From the IMG/VR virus record IMGVR_UViG_3300032305_002462, positions 1-35,204 of that record: 35,204 nt of DNA; one strand, 5' to 3'. Source of the DNA: a virus. Lineage: Duplodnaviria > Caudoviricetes. Shown piece by piece: positions 8,361 through 17,207 of this stretch (positions within the stretch are counted from its first letter, which is position 1; every line of letters begins with the position of its first letter). A model generated the notes under the pieces. It did no database searches. It worked only from the letters and a program-made list of their open reading frames with translations, and had not been told where the DNA came from. Made by a program: the position numbers and the translations under genes.

Positions 8361-9466
8361 ATCAAACCTTTCATTTTTTGAGCGCAAGCATCAATAGAAA
8401 AACTATCAATAATGTATTTTTTATTTATCTGAGCTATATCTAGAGCTTCATTATAGTTTTCATATACATATCTCATTTTTTCACACATTTGAGTAGTAGA
8501 AGGATCTATCCAGTTTTCATCCCACATGTAATAAAATCCAGAACTATCATTCTGCATTCCAAAGACTTTTTTATAATTAAGATCAGTAATCAAAAGATCT
8601 TTTAACAAGCTATTCTTTTTAATGCCAGATATATTAGGAGCAACAACTGGTTTGCCCTTTAGATAAGCTTGAGCGACTGGAAAGCTATCACCCTCTCCTC
8701 TAGACATAGAAACAAAGCAATGAGAATCATTTTCTAACCCTTGAAGTTCGTAGTCAGATAGCATTTTTGGTATTAGCAGTATGCTTGGATATGTTTCTGG
8801 CCTTTTACCAATCTGGGTTTTTATTTGAGAAATTACTTTTTTAATTTCTTCTTTAGATTGTTCTACGGCTAGTTTACTTATATAAGTTTTTAGAACCAAA
8901 CAAACATTGTCATTGGCAGAAAATTCAGATAAAAAACTATGCACAAGACCATTCACATTTTTTTTATTCGAAAAATCAGATATCGAATAAAATCTAAACT
9001 TGTCTGCTACTCCATATTTTTCAAAATTAAATCCAGCAAAATGATTCAATTCAATATTTTTTGGCTGATCAATTATTTTAATGGGAACCGAAACCCCAGA
9101 AGTTTCACAAGCTTGCTTTTGTTCTTCGGTATTTACCCATATTTCATCCATTATATTGCAGCCATTTTGCCATCCAGAGCCAATAAATCTATCAGTCTCC
9201 CAGAAAAAATAGCCAATATTTTTAACTCCTTCAATTCTCACAAACATTGAAGGTAAGCATTGCTGTATAACAACATCTACATCGTCAAGATCTGAATCTT
9301 CAAGACTAGATATTTTTTCATTGTTAATATTTGGATGACCGTTAAGAGTAATCCATACTGGCTTTACATTATAGCCAGCTTTTGCAATTGAGTCTATCAT
9401 TGCACAAGCGGCGTTTCCATAGCCAGTGCCGTCTCTATAAACAGATATATAAGCTATTTTTTTCAT
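8357..9466 (-). CDS. Glycosyltransferase family 4-like (GT-B)
   Basis: GTGYGNA, FFWETD, MDEIWV, KKNVNGL, CFVSMSRGEGDSFPVAQAYLKGKPVVAP. Confidence 0.9.
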   Translation of the reverse strand: MKKIAYISVYRDGTGYGNAACAMIDSIAKAGYNVKPVWITLNGHPNINNEKISSLEDSDLDDVDVVIQQCLPSMFVRIEGVKNIGYFFWETDRFIGSGWQNGCNIMDEIWVNTEEQKQACETSGVSVPIKIIDQPKNIELNHFAGFNFEKYGVADKFRFYSISDFSNKKNVNGLVHSFLSEFSANDNVCLVLKTYISKLAVEQSKEEIKKVISQIKTQIGKRPETYPSILLIPKMLSDYELQGLENDSHCFVSMSRGEGDSFPVAQAYLKGKPVVAPNISGIKKNSLLKDLLITDLNYKKVFGMQNDSSGFYYMWDENWIDPSTTQMCEKMRYVYENYNEALDIAQINKKYIIDSFSIDACAQKMKGLI

Positions 9467-11151
9467 AAAACCTCAGATGGATCGTTATTAATTTCAAATA
9501 TATTGTTACAATACTTATATCTTTGCTCCTCAAAGATATTAAAGCCGTTGACTAAAGTCTTAAAAATGTCTAGAATATCTTTCCTAGAAAATCTTCTAGA
9601 TTGATTTCCATCTTGTCTTACTTTAGAACGCAAATTCATTAAAAGCTCTTTCTCAGCAACATAACTAGCGTATGAAGTTTTTGGAGGAGCATATGCTTTT
9701 ACTAAGTAGGAAATGAAATCTTCGTCTTGTTCAATGCTGTTTACTGCATCTTCGTTTATATTAATTTTATTTGCTGGAGCAAACCATCTATTGGGATTAA
9801 GGGATGGAAGCTCAGAGAAAATAGCGTCCCATTTATTAAATGTTTGAGTTGTAGTATGGTTAAGTTCGGCAGATTTTCTAGCCTCTTTAGCTAGATCGCT
9901 TCTAACATTTTCTGGCTCCATAAAAAATGCAGAAATTTTATCTGAGCAATCTTTTACAGAAGGCATAGCTCTAACTTGACCTGTCTCTTTATCAGACTCT
10001 TCTCTCCATGCGGCAACTTCTACGCCTCCATACGAGCCACCCATTCTATTCAGTTCATACATAGCAGCATAATCAGTGGCTATTGTGGGAACTCCACAAG
10101 CTTTAGCTTCGATTAATGGTATCTCTAAAGCTCCTGCGATACTTAATTGGCAATATAAATCAGCACTATTGTAAACAGTAGCCAATTGCTCTCTAGTTAA
10201 GCCTAAAGCGGTATTTGGCGGGTGCGCAGTATAATTATTGCAAGAGTGACAGTAGCAAACTTCCCCAGCAAAGAAAGAAGCGAAATAATAGCCGCAATGA
10301 TTGCAGCAATAAGTCATTATTACTTTAGAAGCCAACTTATATTTAATAATATCTTTTCCAATATCAAATCCAACGTCTGGATAACTTGTGTGTAGGTATA
10401 AGTAAGTATTATCTACTAAATTCTTAAGCCCTTTGTCATCCCAAATGCCTAAAGCATCTTTAAATGCTTTCATTAGGTCTGGAAAAAGCTTTCTTGGCTG
10501 ATTTCTCATAACCGTTAAAACTAACTTTATGTCTTCTTTGAGACCAAGAAGTTTTCTAGCTTCAGCCTTTGATGTTGGCTTAAAAATATTAAGATCAACA
10601 CCAGGCATAGCATTATTTCTAGCAATAGATATTTTATTGCCAGAATAGTTTTTCACTACCGATAAACCCCAATCGGAATAAGATGTGACCTTATCAACAG
10701 ATGAATAAGTGCCAATCCATTCTGCGCGAGGAGGTTCAGAATCAACACAAGCCGACCATACATAGTTGAATAGATATCTTGACGGCATTTTTGTGATCCA
10801 TTCGTCATGCCAAAAATCTCTATAGGAAAAAACTATGTCTGGTTTAAATTCTAAAACAGCTCTATCAAATCTATAATGACCAAATTGAGCGGTTCTATAA
10901 TTTTCATTATATACTTTTCTCTCTTCTGGATTTGATGGAACTACTGGATATACTTTCCAAGGAACAGATCTAATTCTTGGATCATTATCCTCTACATAGG
11001 AGGCCAATTCAGCAACCTCATATTTACCACTAGCATGTAGCTTAGTTAGTAAGTCATGAGCCATCACCGAAAATCCAGTATTTAATCCACTAAACTCAGT
11101 AACTAAAAGAACTCTAGTTTTTTTTGCCTTTTGCAAATCCTGCATATCCAT
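9463..11151 (-). CDS. Large glycosyltransferase family 4-like protein with a Cys-rich insertion
   Basis: TGFSVMA, PGVDLNIFKP, VMRNQPRK, YNSADLY..ALEIPLIEAKACGVPTIATDY. Insertion CCNHCG-x9-CYCHSC. Confidence 0.9.
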   Translation of the reverse strand: MDMQDLQKAKKTRVLLVTEFSGLNTGFSVMAHDLLTKLHASGKYEVAELASYVEDNDPRIRSVPWKVYPVVPSNPEERKVYNENYRTAQFGHYRFDRAVLEFKPDIVFSYRDFWHDEWITKMPSRYLFNYVWSACVDSEPPRAEWIGTYSSVDKVTSYSDWGLSVVKNYSGNKISIARNNAMPGVDLNIFKPTSKAEARKLLGLKEDIKLVLTVMRNQPRKLFPDLMKAFKDALGIWDDKGLKNLVDNTYLYLHTSYPDVGFDIGKDIIKYKLASKVIMTYCCNHCGYYFASFFAGEVCYCHSCNNYTAHPPNTALGLTREQLATVYNSADLYCQLSIAGALEIPLIEAKACGVPTIATDYAAMYELNRMGGSYGGVEVAAWREESDKETGQVRAMPSVKDCSDKISAFFMEPENVRSDLAKEARKSAELNHTTTQTFNKWDAIFSELPSLNPNRWFAPANKININEDAVNSIEQDEDFISYLVKAYAPPKTSYASYVAEKELLMNLRSKVRQDGNQSRRFSRKDILDIFKTLVNGFNIFEEQRYKYCNNIFEINNDPSEVL

Positions 11152-11287
11152 TTGGCGCCTTTATATTTACTTCTGCTTTAGTCTTATTGTAGAATAATGC
11201 CATTATTTCTGAATAAGAGAGGTCTCCTTTTAGGAGACCTTCCTTCTTTAAGAAAAGAATTAATTCCTTTAATTTATCGTCACACAT
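11114..11287 (-). CDS. Unlisted 57-aa small ORF
   Basis: The ATG overlaps the SSB stop (TAATG). Translates to MCDDKLKELILFLKKEGLLKGDLSYSEIMALFYNKTKAEVNIKAPNGYAGFAKGKKN* and fills the whole apparent intergenic gap. Confidence 0.55.
   Translation of the reverse strand: MCDDKLKELILFLKKEGLLKGDLSYSEIMALFYNKTKAEVNIKAPNGYAGFAKGKKN
11220..11240. terminator. Perfect hairpin downstream of ssb (possible terminator or mRNA stabiliser)
   Basis: AGGTCTCCT-TTT-AGGAGACCT, a 9-bp perfect stem. The minus-strand tail CTCTTATT is only a weak U-tract. Confidence 0.5.
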
Positions 11288-11715
11288 TAGAAGGGCACAT
11301 CCTCTAATTCTAGAGCTAACTTATCGTTTTGTTTTTGCTGCTTTTTGGGAGCGTTTCTTTGATGAGAGCTTTCATTCTCATTCTTATTTCCTCCGCCCAT
11401 AAATTCAAAATCTTCAACGCTAATTAAAATCTTACTTCTCTTTTCTCCATCCTTAGATTCCCAATTTTCTTGCTTAAGATGTCCTTCAATCAGAATAGGA
11501 TCACCCTTTTTGAGGTGTGTACTTATAACTGAAGCTCTGTTGCCCCACATTTCACAATCAATGTAGGTGCTATCTTCTCTTTTTTCGCCAGACTTAGTCG
11601 TATACTTTCTATTGATAGCAACTCTAAATCTAACAACATTTGATTCTCCGATAGTCTTTAGTTCTGGATCTGAAACAAGATTAGCCGCCAAGATTACTTT
11701 GTTATAGTTTGCCAT
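11287..11715 (-). CDS. ssb: Single-stranded DNA-binding protein (OB fold)
   Basis: NKVILAANL..DPELK, FRVAINR, IDCEMWG, KGDPILIEGHL, acidic tail EDVPF. Confidence 0.96.
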   Translation of the reverse strand: MANYNKVILAANLVSDPELKTIGESNVVRFRVAINRKYTTKSGEKREDSTYIDCEMWGNRASVISTHLKKGDPILIEGHLKQENWESKDGEKRSKILISVEDFEFMGGGNKNENESSHQRNAPKKQQKQNDKLALELEDVPF

Positions 11716-11722
11716 TTTTAAT

Positions 11723-11740
11723 CCTTTGTTCTATTATAGC
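11723..11740 (-). promoter_or_regulatory. Candidate -10 box (GCTATAAT) and RBS (AAGGA) for ssb
   Basis: The minus strand reads cagcTATAATagaacaAAGGAttaaaaATG. No convincing -35 element. Confidence 0.5.
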
Positions 11741-11755
11741 TGAGCGATATATTTT

Positions 11756-13285
11756 TTATGCGATTTTTATATTTTTTACTGACCAACCATTACCAGTACC
11801 AATTAAATTTACTAAATAATATCCATCTTCACTAATAATTCCTTTAATTTTTTGATAGTCTTCTGGAAAGCATACTACGTTAATACTTCCAGTATTATCT
11901 GATATTTTAAATCTTGCCATTTCTTGACCAGGATTTTTACCCTTCTTTGTTAGTAGAGTTGATATTTCACTTACTTTTACTGATAGGTTTATCGATGTAT
12001 TTTTATTGTTCTTATAATTTTTAAAACAATCTTTGCAGCTTCCTTCGTCGGATTGATTTAAGTTATAATCATAAGTAAAAGAAAAACCCATTAGATCTTT
12101 TTCTTTTGATGCAAGAATTGGAGAAGAGTCAATAGCCTTTATATCTATAGCTTTAGCTTCAGATTTAACTATTTCCTTTCTGCTTTTTACGGATTGCTTA
12201 TCTCCACACTCGTAAACGCAATCAATAAGATCTTTGATTGAATTGAAAGTTTTTTTATGGAAAATAAATTCAATTTCTTTTTTTGTTAATTCTTTAAGCA
12301 TTAAGAATATTGAATTCATTGTTGAGCGTGATATACCATAGTTGTCACAAGCTCCAGAGTTAATCAAGCTTTCTACTGCTTGACCTCTAATTTTATTATC
12401 TTCAGAAGCATCAAAATGCATTCTTAATAATTCGTAAAAACTAGAAGGTCTAGTATTTTCTATACAAGCAGCGTCATTTTCACCAACTTGTTTTATGTGA
12501 GATAATCCAAAATAAATACTTTTTTTGCCATTTTCATCCACAAAATAAAAGTCTGACTTAGAAATGGATATATCGGGCTTTTTTATTTCGATGCCCAACA
12601 TTCTAGCCTCATTTATTAAATCAGAGATTTCTTCTCTAGGCTTTTGCTTACCTTTACTATAAGTTAGGTAAGTGCAATAGAATTCTAGAGGAAAATTTGC
12701 CTTTAGATATGCTGTTTTATAAGACCATAGGGCATATTTTTTAGCGTGAGCATCATTAAAAGCATATCTACCAGCACCTTCAATAAGCTCAAATAATTTT
12801 TCGCTAGTCTCTTTTGATCTTCCGTTTTTTATACATCCATTTATAAATTTATCTTTTAAATCTAAAATTGTTTTTTGATCTTTTTTACCAATACCTTTTC
12901 TTAATTTATCAACAATGACTAATCTATCGATATAATTTAGATCGGACCAAGCTATTTCGCTTCCGAACTTCATAAGCTGCTCTTGATAGATTAGGACTCC
13001 AAGAGTGGGTTCTAAAATTTTATTAATTACTTCATCGTTATAGTCAGGCATTTCAGACATTCCAAATTTAACTTTGAAATAGGAATCTGTCATGCCAGCT
13101 TCTAGACATGCTGGTCTAATTAATGAGATAACGGCGCTAAGTTCATTTATATTAGAAGGCTTAATCGTTGAGGCCCATCTTTTTCCAAGATCACTTTCTA
13201 GCTGAAAGACGCCGATAGTGTGTCCATTTTGGATAAGTCTCCAAGCCTTTTCATTTTTTAATGATATATCAGAAGTTGTAAACAT
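11756..13285 (-). CDS. dnaE: DNA polymerase III alpha, C-terminal part (fingers, HhH, OB fold)
   Basis: TIGVFQLES, LIRP, GVLIYQEQLM, LRKGIGKK, YAFNDAH, YLKANFPLEFY, FGLSHIKQVG, LINSGACD, MARFKISDNTG. Confidence 0.93.
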   Translation of the reverse strand: MFTTSDISLKNEKAWRLIQNGHTIGVFQLESDLGKRWASTIKPSNINELSAVISLIRPACLEAGMTDSYFKVKFGMSEMPDYNDEVINKILEPTLGVLIYQEQLMKFGSEIAWSDLNYIDRLVIVDKLRKGIGKKDQKTILDLKDKFINGCIKNGRSKETSEKLFELIEGAGRYAFNDAHAKKYALWSYKTAYLKANFPLEFYCTYLTYSKGKQKPREEISDLINEARMLGIEIKKPDISISKSDFYFVDENGKKSIYFGLSHIKQVGENDAACIENTRPSSFYELLRMHFDASEDNKIRGQAVESLINSGACDNYGISRSTMNSIFLMLKELTKKEIEFIFHKKTFNSIKDLIDCVYECGDKQSVKSRKEIVKSEAKAIDIKAIDSSPILASKEKDLMGFSFTYDYNLNQSDEGSCKDCFKNYKNNKNTSINLSVKVSEISTLLTKKGKNPGQEMARFKISDNTGSINVVCFPEDYQKIKGIISEDGYYLVNLIGTGNGWSVKNIKIA

Positions 13286-13298
13286 AAAGTAGCCTCTT

Positions 13299-13949
13299 TT
13301 ATTTATTAACTTCTGTCTTCTCTACAGTGTTTATTTTTGTGCGTATTTTCGACATAAACTTCATATATCTTTGAAACATATTTTTTGTTATATCGACATC
13401 CTCGGACGCATCATGGTTTGCGGTTGATCTTTTAAGACCTATTATCTCCGCATATGTGTCCATTTTATTATTTTTAAGACCATCCCTACCAAATATACAA
13501 AACATTAGAGGAAACATGTCTATTTGCATATTCGACCAAGGCACACCCTCTTTATCAGAAATAATCTTGTATTCAAGCATCTGATGTTTTAAAAATGGTA
13601 TATCAAAATTAACTATATTGAATCCAACTAAGACTGGAGCTGTCCAAAATTTCTTTGTGGGATTCATAGAATCCAAAAACTCTGAAAATTTTCTTAAAGC
13701 AACTTTGGGATGAAGTCCATTATCGTTAGCGTTTTTCCAAAGATTTTCGCCAACAACTTTAATAGCATCCTTCTCAGCCTTTTCTGGCTTTTGCGGTTTA
13801 ATTAAACAATTAAAAGACCCATTATCTATTGCAGAATAATCTGAATACTTTAAGGCCGTAGCAGAGATTTGAAGTATTTCTGCCCCAGCGTCTGGATCTA
13901 AGCCTGTAGTTTCAATATCAAAAACAATAAAGTTCTTATTATTTGGCAT
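13299..13949 (-). CDS. DEDDh 3'-5' exonuclease (DnaQ/epsilon-like)
   Basis: ExoI VFDIETTG, ExoII GFNIVNFDIPFL, ExoIII HDASEDV. Confidence 0.92.
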   Translation of the reverse strand: MPNNKNFIVFDIETTGLDPDAGAEILQISATALKYSDYSAIDNGSFNCLIKPQKPEKAEKDAIKVVGENLWKNANDNGLHPKVALRKFSEFLDSMNPTKKFWTAPVLVGFNIVNFDIPFLKHQMLEYKIISDKEGVPWSNMQIDMFPLMFCIFGRDGLKNNKMDTYAEIIGLKRSTANHDASEDVDITKNMFQRYMKFMSKIRTKINTVEKTEVNK

Positions 13950-15803
13950 TTAATTCAAAATTCCGTATTTAATATAATTAGTCTTATTATTAATCATTTT
14001 TGTAATCTGATAAATTTTTTCAAGGGCAGCAACGCCCAATATATCAAATTTGACCCCGCCCAAATACTCTATATCAGACCCTTCGACGTCTATGACCATT
14101 TGGTCTAGTTTTTTTGAATATGTCATAGGAAATAATGTGCTCAATGGCTTATCGGAAACAATTATACCTGCAGCGTGTACGCTTTCATTTTTAGGAAGTT
14201 TTTCAATTTTAATGGCAAAATCAAAAGCCTCCTTATATTTTTCATAAGACTCAGCGACAGCTTTAATATTGTCTATATTCCATCTAATAATGCCGTAAGA
14301 AGGATCTTCGTCTTGAAGTTCTACTAACTCGTCTGATATTTTAGACTCATCGATGAAAAGCTTAGTTATATTATTTGCTTCTTCAAAATAATTATCTACA
14401 GGCTTTAATATTCTAAAGGCCTCTTTAATCGCTCCCTTACCTTTAAATCTTGAGTGAGTTATGATATGAGCTACACAATCTCTACCATACTTTTCTCTAA
14501 CATAGTCTATAACTTCAGATCTTGCAGATGGGGGTAGGTCAATATCAATATCTGGCAAAGAAACATTTGTAGCTGTATTTCTTCCTTCGTTATAAAATCT
14601 TTCGAAGGGAAGCTCTCTCTCTTTTGAGTAACCAATAGTTTGGTCTGGTAATATAGGATCAATACTAGATATATCTAATAGATATGAAATGAGACAGCCA
14701 GAGGAAGATCCTCTACTATCTATTGGAAGATTCTTAGATTTTGTATGTTTAACAATATCACTGACCACTAAAAAATAACCAGAAATATTTGCTTGCTTAA
14801 ACACTTCTAATTCATGCTTAATTCTATTGAGATAGACTTCTTTTAGTTCGCTATGATGTTTTATGGCTGGCACAATCTTTTTAGAAAAGCCAGTCCTACA
14901 ATTTTCTCTTAAGAATTCGTCCTGACTAAGTATTTGATGGTCGTCTATCTTAAAATCAGGAAGCATAGGCCTTTCTTCAATAGAAAAATCTTCTATCAAG
15001 TCTAGTACCTTGAATGTCTTTTCACCTTCGGGTAATTTATCTAAAATGTGACAAATTGCGTATCTAGAATCAAATATTCTAAGATCGTCTTGCTTTTTAT
15101 CATTATCTTCATCAGAAATGATTAAATCATGAATCTTAACATCTTCTTTTCTTAGGTAGTGGATGTTATTACATGGTATATAATCTTTGAAATTATTCTT
15201 AATAAACTTACCTAGAGATATTAAGGCTGGCATTTTAGAGTAGTCAAAAAATAAAAATACATCGCTGTATATGCCCCTATAAAGTTTTAAGACTTTTTCT
15301 ATCTCTTCTTTTGCGTTATTTTTTAATAAAATATCGCACTCTTCTGTTGAGTCTGAATTATAAGCTAGATCTGGATTAGCAAATGAATTATTAAAAATGC
15401 TGCTTTTTAAGTCGCCAATTAGGCATATTAATCCAGAACTGAACTGCTTAAGATCTTCGTAGTAAAATTTCGGACAAGAGTCTTCTATAACCCTATTTTT
15501 AGCTCTACCAGTAGAAAGTAATTTAAGCATATTTTTATAGCCATTCTTATTTCTACAAAGTAAAGTAATTCTATCAATTTTGTTTTCTAACTGCCAAACA
15601 TCTATCTCACATCCGATGATTGGCTTTATATTTTTTGCTTTGCATTTTTTATAAAAAGGCACTAGGGCTTTGATATTATTGTGATCAGTTATAGCCGCCG
15701 CCTTGAATCCAGTGTTTGACAAATAATTTATATAGTCGTCAACATCTAAAGTGCTATCTAGTAGCGACCATGCTGTATGAACATGTAATGGTATATAATT
15801 CAT
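13950..15803 (-). CDS. dnaE: DNA polymerase III alpha, N-terminal part (PHP, palm, thumb)
   Basis: PLHVHTAWSLLD, AITDH, PIIGCEI, RGSSSG, FERF, PDIDID, HAAG, KFDILG. Confidence 0.93.
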   Translation of the reverse strand: MNYIPLHVHTAWSLLDSTLDVDDYINYLSNTGFKAAAITDHNNIKALVPFYKKCKAKNIKPIIGCEIDVWQLENKIDRITLLCRNKNGYKNMLKLLSTGRAKNRVIEDSCPKFYYEDLKQFSSGLICLIGDLKSSIFNNSFANPDLAYNSDSTEECDILLKNNAKEEIEKVLKLYRGIYSDVFLFFDYSKMPALISLGKFIKNNFKDYIPCNNIHYLRKEDVKIHDLIISDEDNDKKQDDLRIFDSRYAICHILDKLPEGEKTFKVLDLIEDFSIEERPMLPDFKIDDHQILSQDEFLRENCRTGFSKKIVPAIKHHSELKEVYLNRIKHELEVFKQANISGYFLVVSDIVKHTKSKNLPIDSRGSSSGCLISYLLDISSIDPILPDQTIGYSKERELPFERFYNEGRNTATNVSLPDIDIDLPPSARSEVIDYVREKYGRDCVAHIITHSRFKGKGAIKEAFRILKPVDNYFEEANNITKLFIDESKISDELVELQDEDPSYGIIRWNIDNIKAVAESYEKYKEAFDFAIKIEKLPKNESVHAAGIIVSDKPLSTLFPMTYSKKLDQMVIDVEGSDIEYLGGVKFDILGVAALEKIYQITKMINNKTNYIKYGILN

Positions 15804-16786
15804 TCGTTAAAATTATTTCTTCTGTTGGAGGTTTTTGATTCTTTTGCTATAGACTTTTCTTTTTTTACATTATTTATTTTTAATAATGTATCGTCAATAC
15901 CATTTCCTACAGCGTAAGCATGTATAGTATCGCAAATGCTAGCTCCAGATTTGGTTAGAGTTTTGCCAAAATAACATGTGGATTTGCACTTCCACTTGTC
16001 AGAAGCCTTTGTCTCTTTTATTCTAGACGGCATCTGGTTCCATTTTATGGATTTGAATGTTTCTTTTAGCATTTTTTCTGTATTCTTTCGATCATTTTCA
16101 TCAAAAGTAACAGTAAAAGGACCTCCATCATTTATAAAATGAATTGTTAAAATTCGATTTTTATATTGAGGAAATAGTATACTTGTAGCTAAATCGTACA
16201 TCTTTAATTGTACGTCTTTTGAATATAAATATTCGTATTCTTTAACATCTCCGGTATTCCAGCATTTTCTAGATCCGGTCTTCCAGTCCACTATCTCTAG
16301 TGTGTCGTTATCTACTTGAGTTAAAAGATCTATAGTGCCACGTATTTCATACTGCCCTTTTTCCACAGTTCCTTTGATTATATCATAATATTCAAAAGAA
16401 TAATCTTTACCAGGCATAGGTATTTTAAACTGATACTCAGTAGCTATAACATTTAGCTTTCTAGGGTCGTAAGAAGTATTTAGTACTTTCTCTATAGTTC
16501 TTAAGCAAAATTTCTTATCGCTAGCAGTAAGAGAAAACTCTGGAGACTCTTTAGTATATCTACCCCAGCAGATATCTAAAAGTTTTTGATGATCTGTAAT
16601 AAACCCAAAGTTTCTACCAACCTTACTGCCTTTTGCCATTAATTCTAATACGTGATGTACTATCGTACCTAAAAAAGCTTTTTTACCAGCTTTAGAGGGC
16701 ATTTCAAGTATTTGTTCCATAAAGAATTGAAACTCGCAGCCTCTATAAGTATTTATTGAAGAGGCTCTTAAAAATTTAAGATTCAT
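15800..16786 (-). CDS. PD-(D/E)XK nuclease (RecB/AddB/Cas4-like), probable Fe-S ligands
   Basis: ASSINTYRGC, GTIVHHVLE, RGTIDLL, EIVDWKTG, QLKMY, C-terminal CKSTCYF..IC. Confidence 0.88.
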   Translation of the reverse strand: MNLKFLRASSINTYRGCEFQFFMEQILEMPSKAGKKAFLGTIVHHVLELMAKGSKVGRNFGFITDHQKLLDICWGRYTKESPEFSLTASDKKFCLRTIEKVLNTSYDPRKLNVIATEYQFKIPMPGKDYSFEYYDIIKGTVEKGQYEIRGTIDLLTQVDNDTLEIVDWKTGSRKCWNTGDVKEYEYLYSKDVQLKMYDLATSILFPQYKNRILTIHFINDGGPFTVTFDENDRKNTEKMLKETFKSIKWNQMPSRIKETKASDKWKCKSTCYFGKTLTKSGASICDTIHAYAVGNGIDDTLLKINNVKKEKSIAKESKTSNRRNNFNE

Positions 16787-17207
16787 TTGATTTTATAGTA
16801 ACCAAAAAGGTTCCGTGTTGTCTTTTTTCAATAGCTAGTGTTATTTTAGAATTCAAGTCTATTATTTCTTGAACCTGCTTTATTTTTTTTGTATTGAATC
16901 CGCCCTTACTTAATGTCTTAACTGCAGAAGCTTTTTTGATAATTATTTTTGAGCTTTTTTTGTATGGTATAGGCCATTTCTTATCGTTGTCTTTATACGG
17001 TATATATACAGTTTCTAGCATATCTAACTCTGCACAGGCCCTACAAAAATCAATACTTATTCCTGCGGTATAGGTAGCTAAACATTTATAGCCTTTATTT
17101 TTTAGTCTTGACAAAACATATTTAAAATAATTAAATAAGGCAACTCTATTTGGGTCGTCCTCATCGTAAAGATTATCTATAATTGTTTCATCTTTAATTG
17201 AAATCAT
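16776..17207 (-). CDS. Putative SLOG/YspA (DUF1273)-like nucleotide-binding protein, divergent
   Basis: AGISIDFCRACAEL..VYIPYKDNDKKWP resembles the YspA G.D..A.....IPF..Q..KW pattern. Confidence 0.45.
   Translation of the reverse strand: MISIKDETIIDNLYDEDDPNRVALFNYFKYVLSRLKNKGYKCLATYTAGISIDFCRACAELDMLETVYIPYKDNDKKWPIPYKKSSKIIIKKASAVKTLSKGGFNTKKIKQVQEIIDLNSKITLAIEKRQHGTFLVTIKSNES

Noticed and set aside
11114-11130. A AAA AAC slippery heptamer just before the small ORF's stop, suggesting a -1 frameshift fusion to the large GT
   Set aside because: The GT is in the +1 frame relative to the small ORF, and the -1 frame stops within a few codons.
11756-15803. Split intein or group I intron joining the DnaE halves
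   Set aside because: No intein N-terminal (C/S) block or C-terminal HN-C/S/T motif, and no non-coding intron space. The intervening ORF is a DEDDh exonuclease, not a homing endonuclease.
15800-16786. Cas4 / CRISPR-Cas system
   Set aside because: No cas1, cas2 or repeat-spacer array in the window. Stand-alone PD-(D/E)XK nucleases are common in phage replication modules.
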